Positions 30,745-40,287 are shown, numbered from the stretch's first letter. The stretch is DNA of 50,860 nucleotides from an uncultured bacterium (GCA_913009415.1 CAJVYM010000003.1:1-50860); one strand, 5' to 3'. The notes: a model not told the origin generated them from the sequence alone. Translations and numbers: made by a program.

Positions 30745-31086
30745 ATGCGACTAGGAGAACTGATCAAGACCGGATCACAGGAAGGGAAGGAAAAACACGT
30801 CCCGGTCATTGAGCTCGTAAGCTGCAAAGAGTGCGGCGGAAACGCGGTGAAGATCACCGTCGGCAAAGAAGTGACTCACCCGAACACGATCGAGCACCAC
30901 ATCAAGTGGATCGTGCTGTTCGGGGCAAAGAACGGGGTCGCGGTGCACATTGCCACGTTCGACCTCGGTCCAACATACGGAATCCCGACCGTGGTAGCGC
31001 ACGCGAAGCTCGACGATTTCAGCGAGCTGATCGCCCTCGAGTACTGCAATGTCCACGGCCTGTGGGAAAGTTCGCTCAAACTCTAA
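30745..31086 (+). CDS. sor: Superoxide reductase (neelaredoxin type)
   Basis: EKHVP, HPNTIEHHIKWI, YCNVHGLW. Confidence 0.92.
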   Translation: MRLGELIKTGSQEGKEKHVPVIELVSCKECGGNAVKITVGKEVTHPNTIEHHIKWIVLFGAKNGVAVHIATFDLGPTYGIPTVVAHAKLDDFSELIALEYCNVHGLWESSLKL

Positions 31087-31104
31087 TTACAAGGAGGTTC
31101 TAGC

Positions 31105-31224
31105 ATGGCGGAAGAAGGGAAGATCTACGTTTGCGACATCTGCGGGCAGGAAGTGAAAGTGACCAAGTCCGGGGCTGGGACGCTCGTCTGCTGCAACCAG
31201 CCGATGCACGTCAAGGCAGGCTGA
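31105..31224 (+). CDS. Stand-alone desulforedoxin (absent from ORF track)
   Basis: Hand translation MAEEGKIYVCDICGQEVKVTKSGAGTLVCCNQPMHVKAG; SD AAGGAGG. Confidence 0.93.
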   Translation: MAEEGKIYVCDICGQEVKVTKSGAGTLVCCNQPMHVKAG

Positions 31225-31394
31225 AAACAGGCTGCAATGGTGGAGGGAAGATAGGGCTGATCGTACATACCGGCAACGGCCAACAACCCTGTTCTGCGCG
31301 GCCAAGGCCCGTGGACATGAGGGCGCGCGTTCATTTTAAGCGCACCGGAAGATCTCGCCCTTGTGTGAGCTAACTTTATGAGGAGAGGCTCCCG

Positions 31395-32651
31395 ATGAGA
31401 TCCCAGGTGCGCCAGTTGCTCGTGGGAATGAGGAACATCCGACTGCTTAAGTACCTCGGTCCGGGGTTTCTGATCACGATCGGGTTCGTCGACCCGGGCA
31501 ACTGGGCGACAAATATCGCGGGGGGAGCCCAGTTCAACTACAGCCTCCTGTGGGTAATCACGGTGGGCACGCTGATGCTCATCATGTTCCAGCACATGTC
31601 CGCCAAACTGGGGATCGTCACCGGGGAATCACTCGCCCGCAACATCCGCGCCCACTTTTCTCCACCACTTGTCGCTCTGTTTGGAGGGAGTATCGTGTTC
31701 GCCTGTTTCGCCACTGATGTGGCGGAGCTGTTGGGGGCGGCGATCGGCTTTCGCATCCTGTTTCATATTCCGATGGTGATCGGCGCACCACTCACGGTGA
31801 TCATCGAAACGGTGGCCATCCTCAGCCAACGCTACCACCGTCTCGAACGGATGATCGCCCTCTTCCTCGTTGTGATCGGCGTGTGCTACGTGGCCGAGAT
31901 CTTTCTCGTTAATCCGGCATGGGGGGAGCTATTCCCACACATCTTTGTACCGATGGTCAACTCAGGGAACATCCTGATCATCGTGGGGATACTGGGGGCG
32001 ATCGTGATGCCCCACAACATCTACCTCCACTCCAACGTGATTCAGAGCCGCGATTGGGGGAAGAACGAGGGAGAGCGTCGGTCGCTGCTCCGCATGGAAC
32101 TGGCCGACACCTCGCTTGCCATGTTCGCTGGATGGCTCATCAACTCGGCGATGATCATCGTTGCCGCGGCCGTGTTCTACCGACACGGGGTGATCGTGAA
32201 CAGTATCGAACAGGCGGCGGCCACGATGGGCCCGCTCGCCGGCCGCCTAGCAGGTGGACTGTTCGGGATTGCTCTGCTGTTCGCCGGAATCAGCTCATCG
32301 ATCACATCGTCGCTCGCTGAGACGAACGTGATCACCGGCTTTCTCGGGAGGCCGGAGGATCCGCGTACCTGGCTCTACCGGATTGCGCTGGTCGTCACCT
32401 CCATTCCGGCGATGGTCGTAATCCTGATGCAGACCGATTCTTACAGGGTGTTGATCTTGAGCCAGGTGGCGCTGAGCATTCAGCTGCCGCTGACCATCTT
32501 TCCGCTCTTGTTTCTGGTGAACAGCCGCAAGGTGATGGGAAACTTCGCCAGCAGACCGGTGGAATTTGCGATAGGATTGATCCTCAGCGCGGTGGTGACC
32601 GTGCTCAACGGGTTGCTCCTCTATCAGACGTTTGGAGGGCGGTTCGGATGA
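31395..32651 (+). CDS. mntH: Nramp family divalent metal transporter
   Basis: GPG...DPGNWAT, MPHNIYLHS, LILSQVALSIQLP. Confidence 0.92.
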   Translation: MRSQVRQLLVGMRNIRLLKYLGPGFLITIGFVDPGNWATNIAGGAQFNYSLLWVITVGTLMLIMFQHMSAKLGIVTGESLARNIRAHFSPPLVALFGGSIVFACFATDVAELLGAAIGFRILFHIPMVIGAPLTVIIETVAILSQRYHRLERMIALFLVVIGVCYVAEIFLVNPAWGELFPHIFVPMVNSGNILIIVGILGAIVMPHNIYLHSNVIQSRDWGKNEGERRSLLRMELADTSLAMFAGWLINSAMIIVAAAVFYRHGVIVNSIEQAAATMGPLAGRLAGGLFGIALLFAGISSSITSSLAETNVITGFLGRPEDPRTWLYRIALVVTSIPAMVVILMQTDSYRVLILSQVALSIQLPLTIFPLLFLVNSRKVMGNFASRPVEFAIGLILSAVVTVLNGLLLYQTFGGRFG

Positions 32652-33064
32652 TAATCAGAGTTCTTTTGCCGCTGGACTGCTCACCCGTCGATGTTGCTGT
32701 CCTCAAGGTGGTCGAGGAGCTTATCCCGCGCCCGGGGGCGGAGGTGCTCCTCCTACGGGTGATTCACGCGCATACGCTGGACACGCTGACCGAAGAGAGG
32801 GAGAAGGCGCAGCGCTGCCTACATCAAACCGCGGAGAGGCTAGGCGAACATGGCCTGCCTGTGCGCATGAAGACAGCGGAAGGCGAAGTGGCGGAGACGA
32901 TAATCAGGGTGGCCGAAGCCGAGGATTGCAATCTTATCGCGATGGCCACTCACGGGCACCATCCTTGGGAGCGGTTCTTGCTGGGTAGCGTTGCCGATGT
33001 CCTGCGTCATCGCTCATCCATCCCGCTCCTGCTGGTAAACGCCCGTACGCACAAAGACCCATAG
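32648..33064 (+). CDS. Universal stress protein
   Basis: VLLPLDCS, LIAMATHGH, LLGSVA. Confidence 0.88.
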   Translation: MIIRVLLPLDCSPVDVAVLKVVEELIPRPGAEVLLLRVIHAHTLDTLTEEREKAQRCLHQTAERLGEHGLPVRMKTAEGEVAETIIRVAEAEDCNLIAMATHGHHPWERFLLGSVADVLRHRSSIPLLLVNARTHKDP

Positions 33065-33100
33065 GCCAGTATACTGGTGCTAGTGGATTAGGAGGGGATC

Positions 33101-34090
33101 ATGCAGCTATTTCATCAAGTAACTGAGTTTGCACCTGCACTATACGGGGGAAAAGGAAAAAGCTACGTAGGTAGATACCTTGTCCTCTACTTCTACCCCA
33201 AGGCGAACACCCCCGGCTGCACCCGCGAGGCGGAAGGGTTCACGAATCTATTACCTGAGTTCGAGGGGCTCGACGCCACCGTTGTCGGAGTCTCCCCGGA
33301 TCGGCCGGAGGCACAGGCGAAATTCGTCCAGGCAAAATCGCTTAAGACGATGCTCTCCGATCCGAACAAAGTGCTCGCCCGCGCATTTGGCGCGGTGAAG
33401 GAGAACGACGGGATCCTCAGATCGACGTTCCTGATCGATCGGACAGGGATTGTGCGCGCACAGTGGAAGAAGGTGAAGGTGGATGGGCACGCGCAGGATG
33501 TCCTGGAGACGCTGCGCACGCTGTACGACTCAGACCGGCGGATCAACCCGCTGATTGCTGCCCGCCGTGCACGCAGGGCGCTGTCGGACGCTCCCGTGTC
33601 CCGGGAGGAGATCGAGACTCTGATCGAGGCGGCTCACCTCGCCCCCTCCTGCTTCAACAACCAGCCGTGGCGGTTCGTGACAATCGATGATGATGAGACA
33701 CTCGCCGCAGTCAAGGAGACGATGCCCAAGGGAAACTACTGGACCGCACCAGCGTCCGCGATCATCGCTGTCGCTTCCAAGCCAGATCTTAACTGCCAGC
33801 TCTCCGATAAGCGCGATTATTACCTGTTTGGCTGCGGCATGGCCGTCTCCAACCTGATGATTCAGGCGACGGGGATGGGCCTCGTTGCCCACCCGATCGC
33901 GGGGTTCAAGCCGGTTGTGGTAAAGAAGATACTCGAAATTCCTGATGATTACGTATTGATCGCTCTCGTCGTCATCGCTCGATCGGGAGATCCGGGGAAG
34001 CTCTCCGAGAAACACCGCGAGGAAGAACTGGGCGTGCGCGAAAGAAGACCACTTACGGATGTGTTAATCTGGAATCGGTTTAAGTTATAG
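33101..34090 (+). CDS. BCP/PrxQ peroxiredoxin - nitroreductase fusion
   Basis: N-half FYPKANTPGCTREA; C-half APSCFNNQPWRF, GLVAHPIAGF. Confidence 0.88.
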   Translation: MQLFHQVTEFAPALYGGKGKSYVGRYLVLYFYPKANTPGCTREAEGFTNLLPEFEGLDATVVGVSPDRPEAQAKFVQAKSLKTMLSDPNKVLARAFGAVKENDGILRSTFLIDRTGIVRAQWKKVKVDGHAQDVLETLRTLYDSDRRINPLIAARRARRALSDAPVSREEIETLIEAAHLAPSCFNNQPWRFVTIDDDETLAAVKETMPKGNYWTAPASAIIAVASKPDLNCQLSDKRDYYLFGCGMAVSNLMIQATGMGLVAHPIAGFKPVVVKKILEIPDDYVLIALVVIARSGDPGKLSEKHREEELGVRERRPLTDVLIWNRFKL

Positions 34091-34098
34091 GAGGAAAA

Positions 34099-35031
34099 AT
34101 GGAATATACAATACTGGGAACAAGTGATCTAAAGGTCTCTAAGATTGGACTGGGGACGTGGCAGTACGGTACAGAGGGCTGGGGATTCGGCGCGGACTTC
34201 ACTGAACAAGAGGCGCTTGCCACGGTCGACAAGGCCTTAGAGATTGGAATTAACCTGCTTGACACCGCCGAGGTGTACGGCGACGGCCGTTCCGAGGAGA
34301 TCGTGGGAAAGGCGCTGGCCGAACACCGGGGAGAGGTGATTCTCGCCACCAAGGTTCTCCCCCGTCACTTGAGGCCCCGCGACCTGGTCCGTGCTTGTGA
34401 AGAGAGCCTCAAACGGCTCAAGATAGACCAAATCGACCTGTACCAGATTCACGCTGCCGAGCCCTACGTTCCGCTTGCAGAATCGATGGACGTCCTTGCC
34501 AAGCTGGTCGATCGTGGGGTGATCCGCTACGTCGGGGTGAGCAACTTCTCGGTCCCGCTCTTGCGTGCTGCAGAGGAAGCGTTCTCGGGTAGGATCATCT
34601 CCAATCAGGTCCGCTACAACCTTCTCCAGCGCGACATCGAGGCGGAGGTCCTCCCCTACTGTCGAGAGCACTCAATCACGGTGATCGCCTACAGCCCGCT
34701 CGCTCAGGGACTCGTCACCGGAAAGTACGACCGCGACCATCTCCCTGCAGATAAGATCCGCCAGCGCAACCCACTCTTCCGAGAGGAGAACCTCGTTCAA
34801 GTCTTCCCGGTGATCGACCTTCTGCGGCATATTGGCAACGAGCACGGTGCGACACCGGCCCAGGTGGCGCTGCGCTGGGTAACCGCCCAAGATGGTGTCA
34901 TCGCGATCCCCGGAGCGAAGAGGCCGGAGCAGGTGGAGGAGAACGCGGGCGCGCTCGACTGGTCCCTCAGCATGGATGAGCTCGCCCGGCTCGACACAGC
35001 GAGCACCGATCTAGAGCTTAGCTACTTCTGA
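34099..35031 (+). CDS. Aldo/keto reductase
   Basis: IGLGTW, DTAEVYG, LATK, DLYQIH, GVSNF, YSPLAQG, IPGAK. Confidence 0.93.
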   Translation: MEYTILGTSDLKVSKIGLGTWQYGTEGWGFGADFTEQEALATVDKALEIGINLLDTAEVYGDGRSEEIVGKALAEHRGEVILATKVLPRHLRPRDLVRACEESLKRLKIDQIDLYQIHAAEPYVPLAESMDVLAKLVDRGVIRYVGVSNFSVPLLRAAEEAFSGRIISNQVRYNLLQRDIEAEVLPYCREHSITVIAYSPLAQGLVTGKYDRDHLPADKIRQRNPLFREENLVQVFPVIDLLRHIGNEHGATPAQVALRWVTAQDGVIAIPGAKRPEQVEENAGALDWSLSMDELARLDTASTDLELSYF

Positions 35032-35045
35032 TCGGGAGGGAGAGG

Positions 35046-36902
35046 ATGGATCGCGCCGCTACCCGCATTAGGATCGACCTTGCGACCGGCGCAGTGCGTC
35101 GTGAACAGATCCCGTCCTCCGATGTCGCAGCGTTCATCGGCGGGCGTGGGCTGAACATGTCCTACCTCCTCGCTGAGTTACCTCCTGATATTGATCCCCG
35201 CTCGCCGCAGGCACCGCTCCTGTTCGGGGCCGGCCCGTTCGTCGGGACATCATTCCCCGGCGGAGCGAGGTTCAACATCTCCGCCCGCTCTCCGCAGACG
35301 AGGATCCTCGGGGACTCGAACGCCGGTGGTTTCTTCGGACCGGAGCTGCGCTTCGCCGGGGTCGATCAACTGGTGATCACCGGGAGGGCACCCCATCCGA
35401 TCTACCTCCTTCTGCGCGATGGAGAGATCGAGCTGCGCGACGCGCGCGATCTGTGGGGGGAGGACGTCGTAGATACGACAGATGCGATACAGGCTGACTT
35501 GCATGACCACCGCGTTCAGGTATCGGCGATCGGTCCGGCAGCGGAGAACGGGGTCCTTTTCTCCGGGGTGTTTACCAACTTCACCCGCGCGGCGGCGCGA
35601 ACGGGGATGGGCGCGGTGATGGCCGCCAAGAACCTGAAGGCGGTGGTCATACGCGGGACGGGACGGGTGCAGGTAGCGGATCGAGTCCGGTTCGATGCCG
35701 CGACCAGGGGTCTGCGAGCGCGGATCGTTGATCATCCGGAGTACGAGATAAGGAGCCGCTTGGGGACGACGCAGCTCATCACTAAACTGCAGGCTATTGG
35801 CGGGCTTCCCACCCGTCACTTTCAATCGGGAACCTTCGAGCACGCCGCAGAAGTCTCCGGGGAGCGGATCGCCGAACTGTACAAGGTAAGAGGGAAGGCG
35901 TGTTTTGGGTGCAACATCCCGTGCAGCCGGATCATAGAGGTGGACGATCCCCGCTTTCCTCTTCTTCGTTATGAGGGCCCGGAGTACGAGCCTCTCGCCG
36001 GGTTCACCGCTCGGGTGGGAAACGCTGACCTTCCCCTCGCCCTGTACGCCATCGACCGCTGCAACCGCCTTGGACTGGATGCGATCACCACGAGCGAGGT
36101 GATTGCCTGGGCGATGGAGCTTGGGGAACGGGGGATCCTCAAGTCTTCCGAAGTCGACGGGTTGGAGCTTCGTTTCGGAAACGGGGAGACGATCCTCGCA
36201 CTGATCGAAAAGATAGCCGCCCGTGAAGGGTTTGGTGACTTGCTCGCCGATGGGGTACGCGCCGCTGCCGCGAAACTCGGTCGCGGCGCGGAATACGCGA
36301 TGGAGGTGAAGGGCCTGGAGATCTTCCAGGCCGACGTGCGAGCGATGAAGGGCTACGCCCTGGGGAATGCGGTCGCCAGCCGTGGTGCCGATCACCTCCG
36401 CTCCGAGCCGTGGTTTGAGTTCTCCGGCGATCACGATGAGGCGATCCGCCGTTACGGGATCCCCGATGTCGCCGATCGGTTGGCGTGGCGTGGAAAGGGG
36501 AGGCTCGTCGCCCACTACGAAGAGATGGCTGCCGTAGCCGACTCCCTCGGGGTGTGCAAGAACACCTACAATAACATGGAAGTGTTGGACTGGGACGAGA
36601 CGGCGGAGCTCCTCACCACCGCCACCGGTTGGGAGTGGACGGGTGAAGACGTGAGGAAGACCGGGGAGAGGATCGTGAACGCCGAGCGGCTTATCAACGC
36701 TCGCTTTGGAATCGGACGGACAGATGACACCCTGCCCCGTCGGTTCCTGGAAGAGCCGGCCGGACCGCCCGATTCGCCATCCGCGGGGTCGGTGGTGGAG
36801 CTTCAGCCAATGCTCGACGAGTACTACGTCGCACGTGGCTGGGACAAGAAGACCGGGCTTCCCACGGCGGGGAAACTACAGGAATTAGGATTGGAGGGGT
36901 AG
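35046..36902 (+). CDS. aor: Aldehyde:ferredoxin oxidoreductase family (tungstopterin enzyme)
   Basis: IGGRG, IGPAAE, AARTGMGAVM..KNLKA, CFGCNIPC, GPEYE, GLDAI, SRGADH, DSLGVC. Confidence 0.9.
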   Translation: MDRAATRIRIDLATGAVRREQIPSSDVAAFIGGRGLNMSYLLAELPPDIDPRSPQAPLLFGAGPFVGTSFPGGARFNISARSPQTRILGDSNAGGFFGPELRFAGVDQLVITGRAPHPIYLLLRDGEIELRDARDLWGEDVVDTTDAIQADLHDHRVQVSAIGPAAENGVLFSGVFTNFTRAAARTGMGAVMAAKNLKAVVIRGTGRVQVADRVRFDAATRGLRARIVDHPEYEIRSRLGTTQLITKLQAIGGLPTRHFQSGTFEHAAEVSGERIAELYKVRGKACFGCNIPCSRIIEVDDPRFPLLRYEGPEYEPLAGFTARVGNADLPLALYAIDRCNRLGLDAITTSEVIAWAMELGERGILKSSEVDGLELRFGNGETILALIEKIAAREGFGDLLADGVRAAAAKLGRGAEYAMEVKGLEIFQADVRAMKGYALGNAVASRGADHLRSEPWFEFSGDHDEAIRRYGIPDVADRLAWRGKGRLVAHYEEMAAVADSLGVCKNTYNNMEVLDWDETAELLTTATGWEWTGEDVRKTGERIVNAERLINARFGIGRTDDTLPRRFLEEPAGPPDSPSAGSVVELQPMLDEYYVARGWDKKTGLPTAGKLQELGLEG

Positions 36903-37493
36903 ATGTTCGAGCTGTGGGTATACGTGGAACGGGTGTTGGGAACGTGCACCAGTCATGTCCCCATGGTTCCAGGACGAGGTTTCCTCGTGCGCAACGGGAG
37001 ACTGTCCTTCCCCGGTGGAGGGCCGGTGTGCATCTACGCGCTGCAGAGCGTCCTCCCGCTCCTGCCGCTCAAGGAGCGGATAAGCGATGAAGAGAAGAAT
37101 TCAGACTGGCTGTGGCGCGTGCACGAGGCCCAGTGCCCCGATCCCAAGGGGCGGGTGATCTGGCGCATCGAACAGCGACCACCTAAGCACGCTCCGCTCC
37201 CACCGGCGACCGTGCCTGCCCCTGCTTACGGCGACCTGCGGGTGAGCGTGACCGAGGTGCAGGGAACGTGCACCGCTGGGATGAGAAGCGGGCACTACGC
37301 CCTTGTGCGGGGGAGCAGTCTCTACCTGCCGCAGCCGTTCTGTCTGTACGCGCTGCAGGCGGTCCTTCCTCAGCTTCCTGCGCGGACAAGGCCGCTTCTC
37401 CCCGACGACTGGATGGTGAGCGAAAACAAGGTGATCTGCCCCGACCCGGCCGGAAACGTGATCATGCGCATCGATCGAGTGGAAGACGATTAA
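36903..37493 (+). CDS. Tandem TIGR04076-like domain protein
   Basis: Two repeats of V..V.GTC...C.YALQ.VLP.LP...W...CPDP.G.VI.RI. Confidence 0.7.
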   Translation: MFELWVYVERVLGTCTSHVPMVPGRGFLVRNGRLSFPGGGPVCIYALQSVLPLLPLKERISDEEKNSDWLWRVHEAQCPDPKGRVIWRIEQRPPKHAPLPPATVPAPAYGDLRVSVTEVQGTCTAGMRSGHYALVRGSSLYLPQPFCLYALQAVLPQLPARTRPLLPDDWMVSENKVICPDPAGNVIMRIDRVEDD

Positions 37494-37563
37494 GAAGCTC
37501 CAACAAGCGTGAAAGAAGAGATCCTCTCGATCGTAGGCACACGACGCAATTTTCTTCCCGGCT

Positions 37564-39054
37564 TTACGCCGAACAGCACGACAGTTTCCGCACATCCTTC
37601 ATAAATCCTTGGGCGCACAGTTTGACCCCTTCCGCCTGTGTCAGGTAAGGATGAAAGGCATCCGCGAGTTCTGAAACACCGATCATATGACGGATCGCCA
37701 GCGCTGCTTCCATGATCTGCTCTCCGCCCTCGGGCGCAAGTATGCGCGCACCCAGAAGCCGGTCGCCACCGCGCTCCTTGACTAGTTTGATGAAACCGCG
37801 TGTATCGCGGGCCGCTATCGCCCTCGGGATGTATGACAGGTCAAGGCGCGACACTTCCACTTCAAGGCCGGCCGCAGTGGCCTCTTTCTCGTTCAACCCG
37901 ACGCCCGCCAATTGCGGATCTGTGAATATCACCCAGGGAAGGGCGGTGTAATCTCGCGTCTTCTGCTCGGCCGCCAACGCGTTCCTGGCAGCGAGATTCC
38001 CCTCATAAGCCGCCGTATAGACGAATGCGGGTTCACCTATCACATCACCGGCGGCAAAGACGCCCGGGATCGATGTCTGCAAGCCCTCATCCACCTCGAT
38101 CCTCCCGTCTTCACCGAGATGAATACCGACTTTTCCCAGGCCAAACCCCTCCGTGACCGGCCTGCGCCCAGTTGCGCAGAGGATACGCTCCGCCGCGAAC
38201 GCACGCGGTCGCCCTCCGACCTGTGCGTGTACGGTGACGCCCTTTCCATCCCTGGTGATTTCCTCTACTTTTACGCCGGTCTCTATCTGGATTCCCTCTT
38301 CGCGCAGGTAGCCGGTGAGGGCTTCTGTGATGTCGTTATCCTCCGTGGGCAGGATACGGTCACTGCGTTGAAGAACCGTCACGTGGCTTCCCATCCGGGC
38401 GAACATCTGTGCACATTCGAGAGCGACGTACCGCCCTCCTAGCACGATCAACGAAGCGGGAAGGCGCTCCAATGCAAAGGCGGATGTGCTCGTCAGCGGG
38501 TTCGCCTCGCTCAAACCGGTAATGGGCGGTATCCAGGGTCGTGAACCGGTTGCGATGATGATCTTCGAAGCGCGGATAGCACGCTTACCGACCTCCACAG
38601 TGTCGGCGGTCCTCAAAGTGGCCTGCCCTTCCACCAGTTCGATGTTCTCGTAGGCGGCCAGGACGTCGATATACTTGGCTTGACGGAGGGATTCCACCAA
38701 TTCGTCCTTCTGGCGTATTATGGCCGTGAAATCGGTAATACGAGAGTCCGTCTCTATCCCCGCGAAGCGGCTCGAGGAAGCTCTATGGGCCTCATCAGCC
38801 GCGCGAATCAACGTCTTTGAGGGAACGCAACCAACGTTCACACAAGTTCCACCTATCATCCCAGCATTGACCAGGGCAACCTTTGCCCCGAGCTCCTGCG
38901 CCTGTATAGCTGCGGCAAAGCCTGCCGATCCACCACCGATAACGATCAGATCGTAATCGAAATGGACGTTTGTCGAGGACTTCTTACTCACGCTTGTGGG
39001 GTAGTAACTATTGCGGCCTTCCCTCGTCACTGATTCGTGCTTTTCGCTTGACAT
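37564..39054 (-). CDS. merA: Mercuric reductase
   Basis: GGGSAG, GGTCVNVGCVPSK, GRYVALE, FVY, FTDP, HPYLT, C-terminal SCC; start ATG 39054 after GGAGG, no NmerA domain. Confidence 0.93.
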   Translation of the reverse strand: MSSEKHESVTREGRNSYYPTSVSKKSSTNVHFDYDLIVIGGGSAGFAAAIQAQELGAKVALVNAGMIGGTCVNVGCVPSKTLIRAADEAHRASSSRFAGIETDSRITDFTAIIRQKDELVESLRQAKYIDVLAAYENIELVEGQATLRTADTVEVGKRAIRASKIIIATGSRPWIPPITGLSEANPLTSTSAFALERLPASLIVLGGRYVALECAQMFARMGSHVTVLQRSDRILPTEDNDITEALTGYLREEGIQIETGVKVEEITRDGKGVTVHAQVGGRPRAFAAERILCATGRRPVTEGFGLGKVGIHLGEDGRIEVDEGLQTSIPGVFAAGDVIGEPAFVYTAAYEGNLAARNALAAEQKTRDYTALPWVIFTDPQLAGVGLNEKEATAAGLEVEVSRLDLSYIPRAIAARDTRGFIKLVKERGGDRLLGARILAPEGGEQIMEAALAIRHMIGVSELADAFHPYLTQAEGVKLCAQGFMKDVRKLSCCSA

Positions 39055-39055
39055 G

Positions 39056-39748
39056 TTATTTTCCTCCATTTCGAAACCGCCCTTTATAGCCCGCTTTATT
39101 GATGGCGTTGAGAATGGCCTCCTTGGGTATTTGTGTGCCCTTGGTAATAGCCACACGGGCTTCCTTGTGCTCAAAGCTCACTTCCACGTTTGTCACTCCC
39201 GGTACGCCAGCGATAGCGTTTCGCACCTCCGTCGTGCATGCCTCGCAGGTCATGCCCTCGATGGCCACCACTATAACGTTAGTGCCGTTTGGGACGGCTC
39301 TCGTGCTACCTGCGGCGAGAATCGCTCCCATGTAGTTTGGGAAGAAAGAAAGCCCGAGAGCGAACACCATTACCACCCAGAGCATGACTTTGTTGAATTT
39401 TCCGAACGTGAACCTCTTCGTACGGTGCGAAGCATCCGCAGTGCCCTTCTGAGTCACACTGCAACATGCTTCCCCGTCACGGACCTTGCCCGCGTCGTCA
39501 TCTCCACGTGTAACGGCTTTTGGCTTGCGATACGTGAAGTAGAAGGCAAGAGCGAGCAGCAGGAAGGTGATCGGTAAGAGCACCGGTCGCATGGCCGTGA
39601 ACCGAGACGCCAATGCACCTCCGGAAACTCCGAAGGCGATGAGCAACAGCGGCAGCCAACAACAGACTGATGCAAGGAGGGCCGATGCCAGAGCCCCCAC
39701 CTGTGCGATGGAGCTGGCGATCAATCTATTATCGCCGCTAGTTTTCAT
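39056..39748 (-). CDS. merT: MerT-like mercury transporter fused to an HMA (MerP-like) domain
   Basis: ASVCCWLPLLL, loop EACC, three TM helices, C-terminal GMTCEAC. Confidence 0.88.
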   Translation of the reverse strand: MKTSGDNRLIASSIAQVGALASALLASVCCWLPLLLIAFGVSGGALASRFTAMRPVLLPITFLLLALAFYFTYRKPKAVTRGDDDAGKVRDGEACCSVTQKGTADASHRTKRFTFGKFNKVMLWVVMVFALGLSFFPNYMGAILAAGSTRAVPNGTNVIVVAIEGMTCEACTTEVRNAIAGVPGVTNVEVSFEHKEARVAITKGTQIPKEAILNAINKAGYKGRFRNGGK

Positions 39749-40155
39749 GGCTTTTCGCTTTGATCCAACGCCTCAATGATCGGGCACTTGCTCATAGGGC
39801 TACGGTTTTGGCAGGCTGAAACCAGTTTCGCGAGCGCTCTTTCCATGTTGTTAAGCGTTCTGATCCTTCTCTTGATGTCCACGATCTTGGCCTCGGCCCG
39901 CTGACGAACGTCTTCACAGGCAGAGGCCGAATCGACGCGCAGAGAAAGGAGTTCCTCGATCTCTTTCAGCGTGAAGCCAAGTTCCTTAGCCCGCTTGATG
40001 AAGCGTATCCGGGAAACTGTCTCCTCCGGATACTGCCGATATCCCGAAGGCCTGCGTGGCGGCTCCTCAAGGAGGCCTTTGCGCTCATAGAAGCGGATTG
40101 TCTCCACACCGACCCCGGCGAGACGGGCGACCTTCCCTATAGTTAAAGGTTCCAT
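39745..40155 (-). CDS. merR: MerR family Hg(II)-responsive regulator
   Basis: VETIRFYERKGL, GFTLKEI, three Cys (ACED, AC.......CPII). Confidence 0.9.
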   Translation of the reverse strand: MEPLTIGKVARLAGVGVETIRFYERKGLLEEPPRRPSGYRQYPEETVSRIRFIKRAKELGFTLKEIEELLSLRVDSASACEDVRQRAEAKIVDIKRRIRTLNNMERALAKLVSACQNRSPMSKCPIIEALDQSEKP

Positions 40156-40182
40156 GCACTCCTCCTTTGGCTACCTAAGCGC

Positions 40183-40214
40183 ATTCTACATTCCGTACCA
40201 TACTACGGAGTCAA
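40183..40214 (-). promoter_or_regulatory. MerR-type promoter/operator
   Basis: TTGACT-20 bp-TAGAAT with TCCGTA-N6-TACGGA dyad (40192-40209), like the Tn21/Tn501 mer operator. Confidence 0.88.
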
Positions 40215-40287
40215 GGGTTTCGCGGAAATAGCACTGGAAATAGTGTGGCGTCTCATTGGCTTCTGTACGGTAACTAAACGCGCCGGT

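Noticed and set aside
35250-36515. 421-aa minus-strand ORF
   Set aside because: Shadow of the AOR gene in GC-rich sequence.
39055-39174. Frameshifted MerT-HMA-MerA triple fusion or extended merA start
   Set aside because: merT stops at 39056 and merA has its own SD and ATG at 39054, i.e. ordinary coupling.
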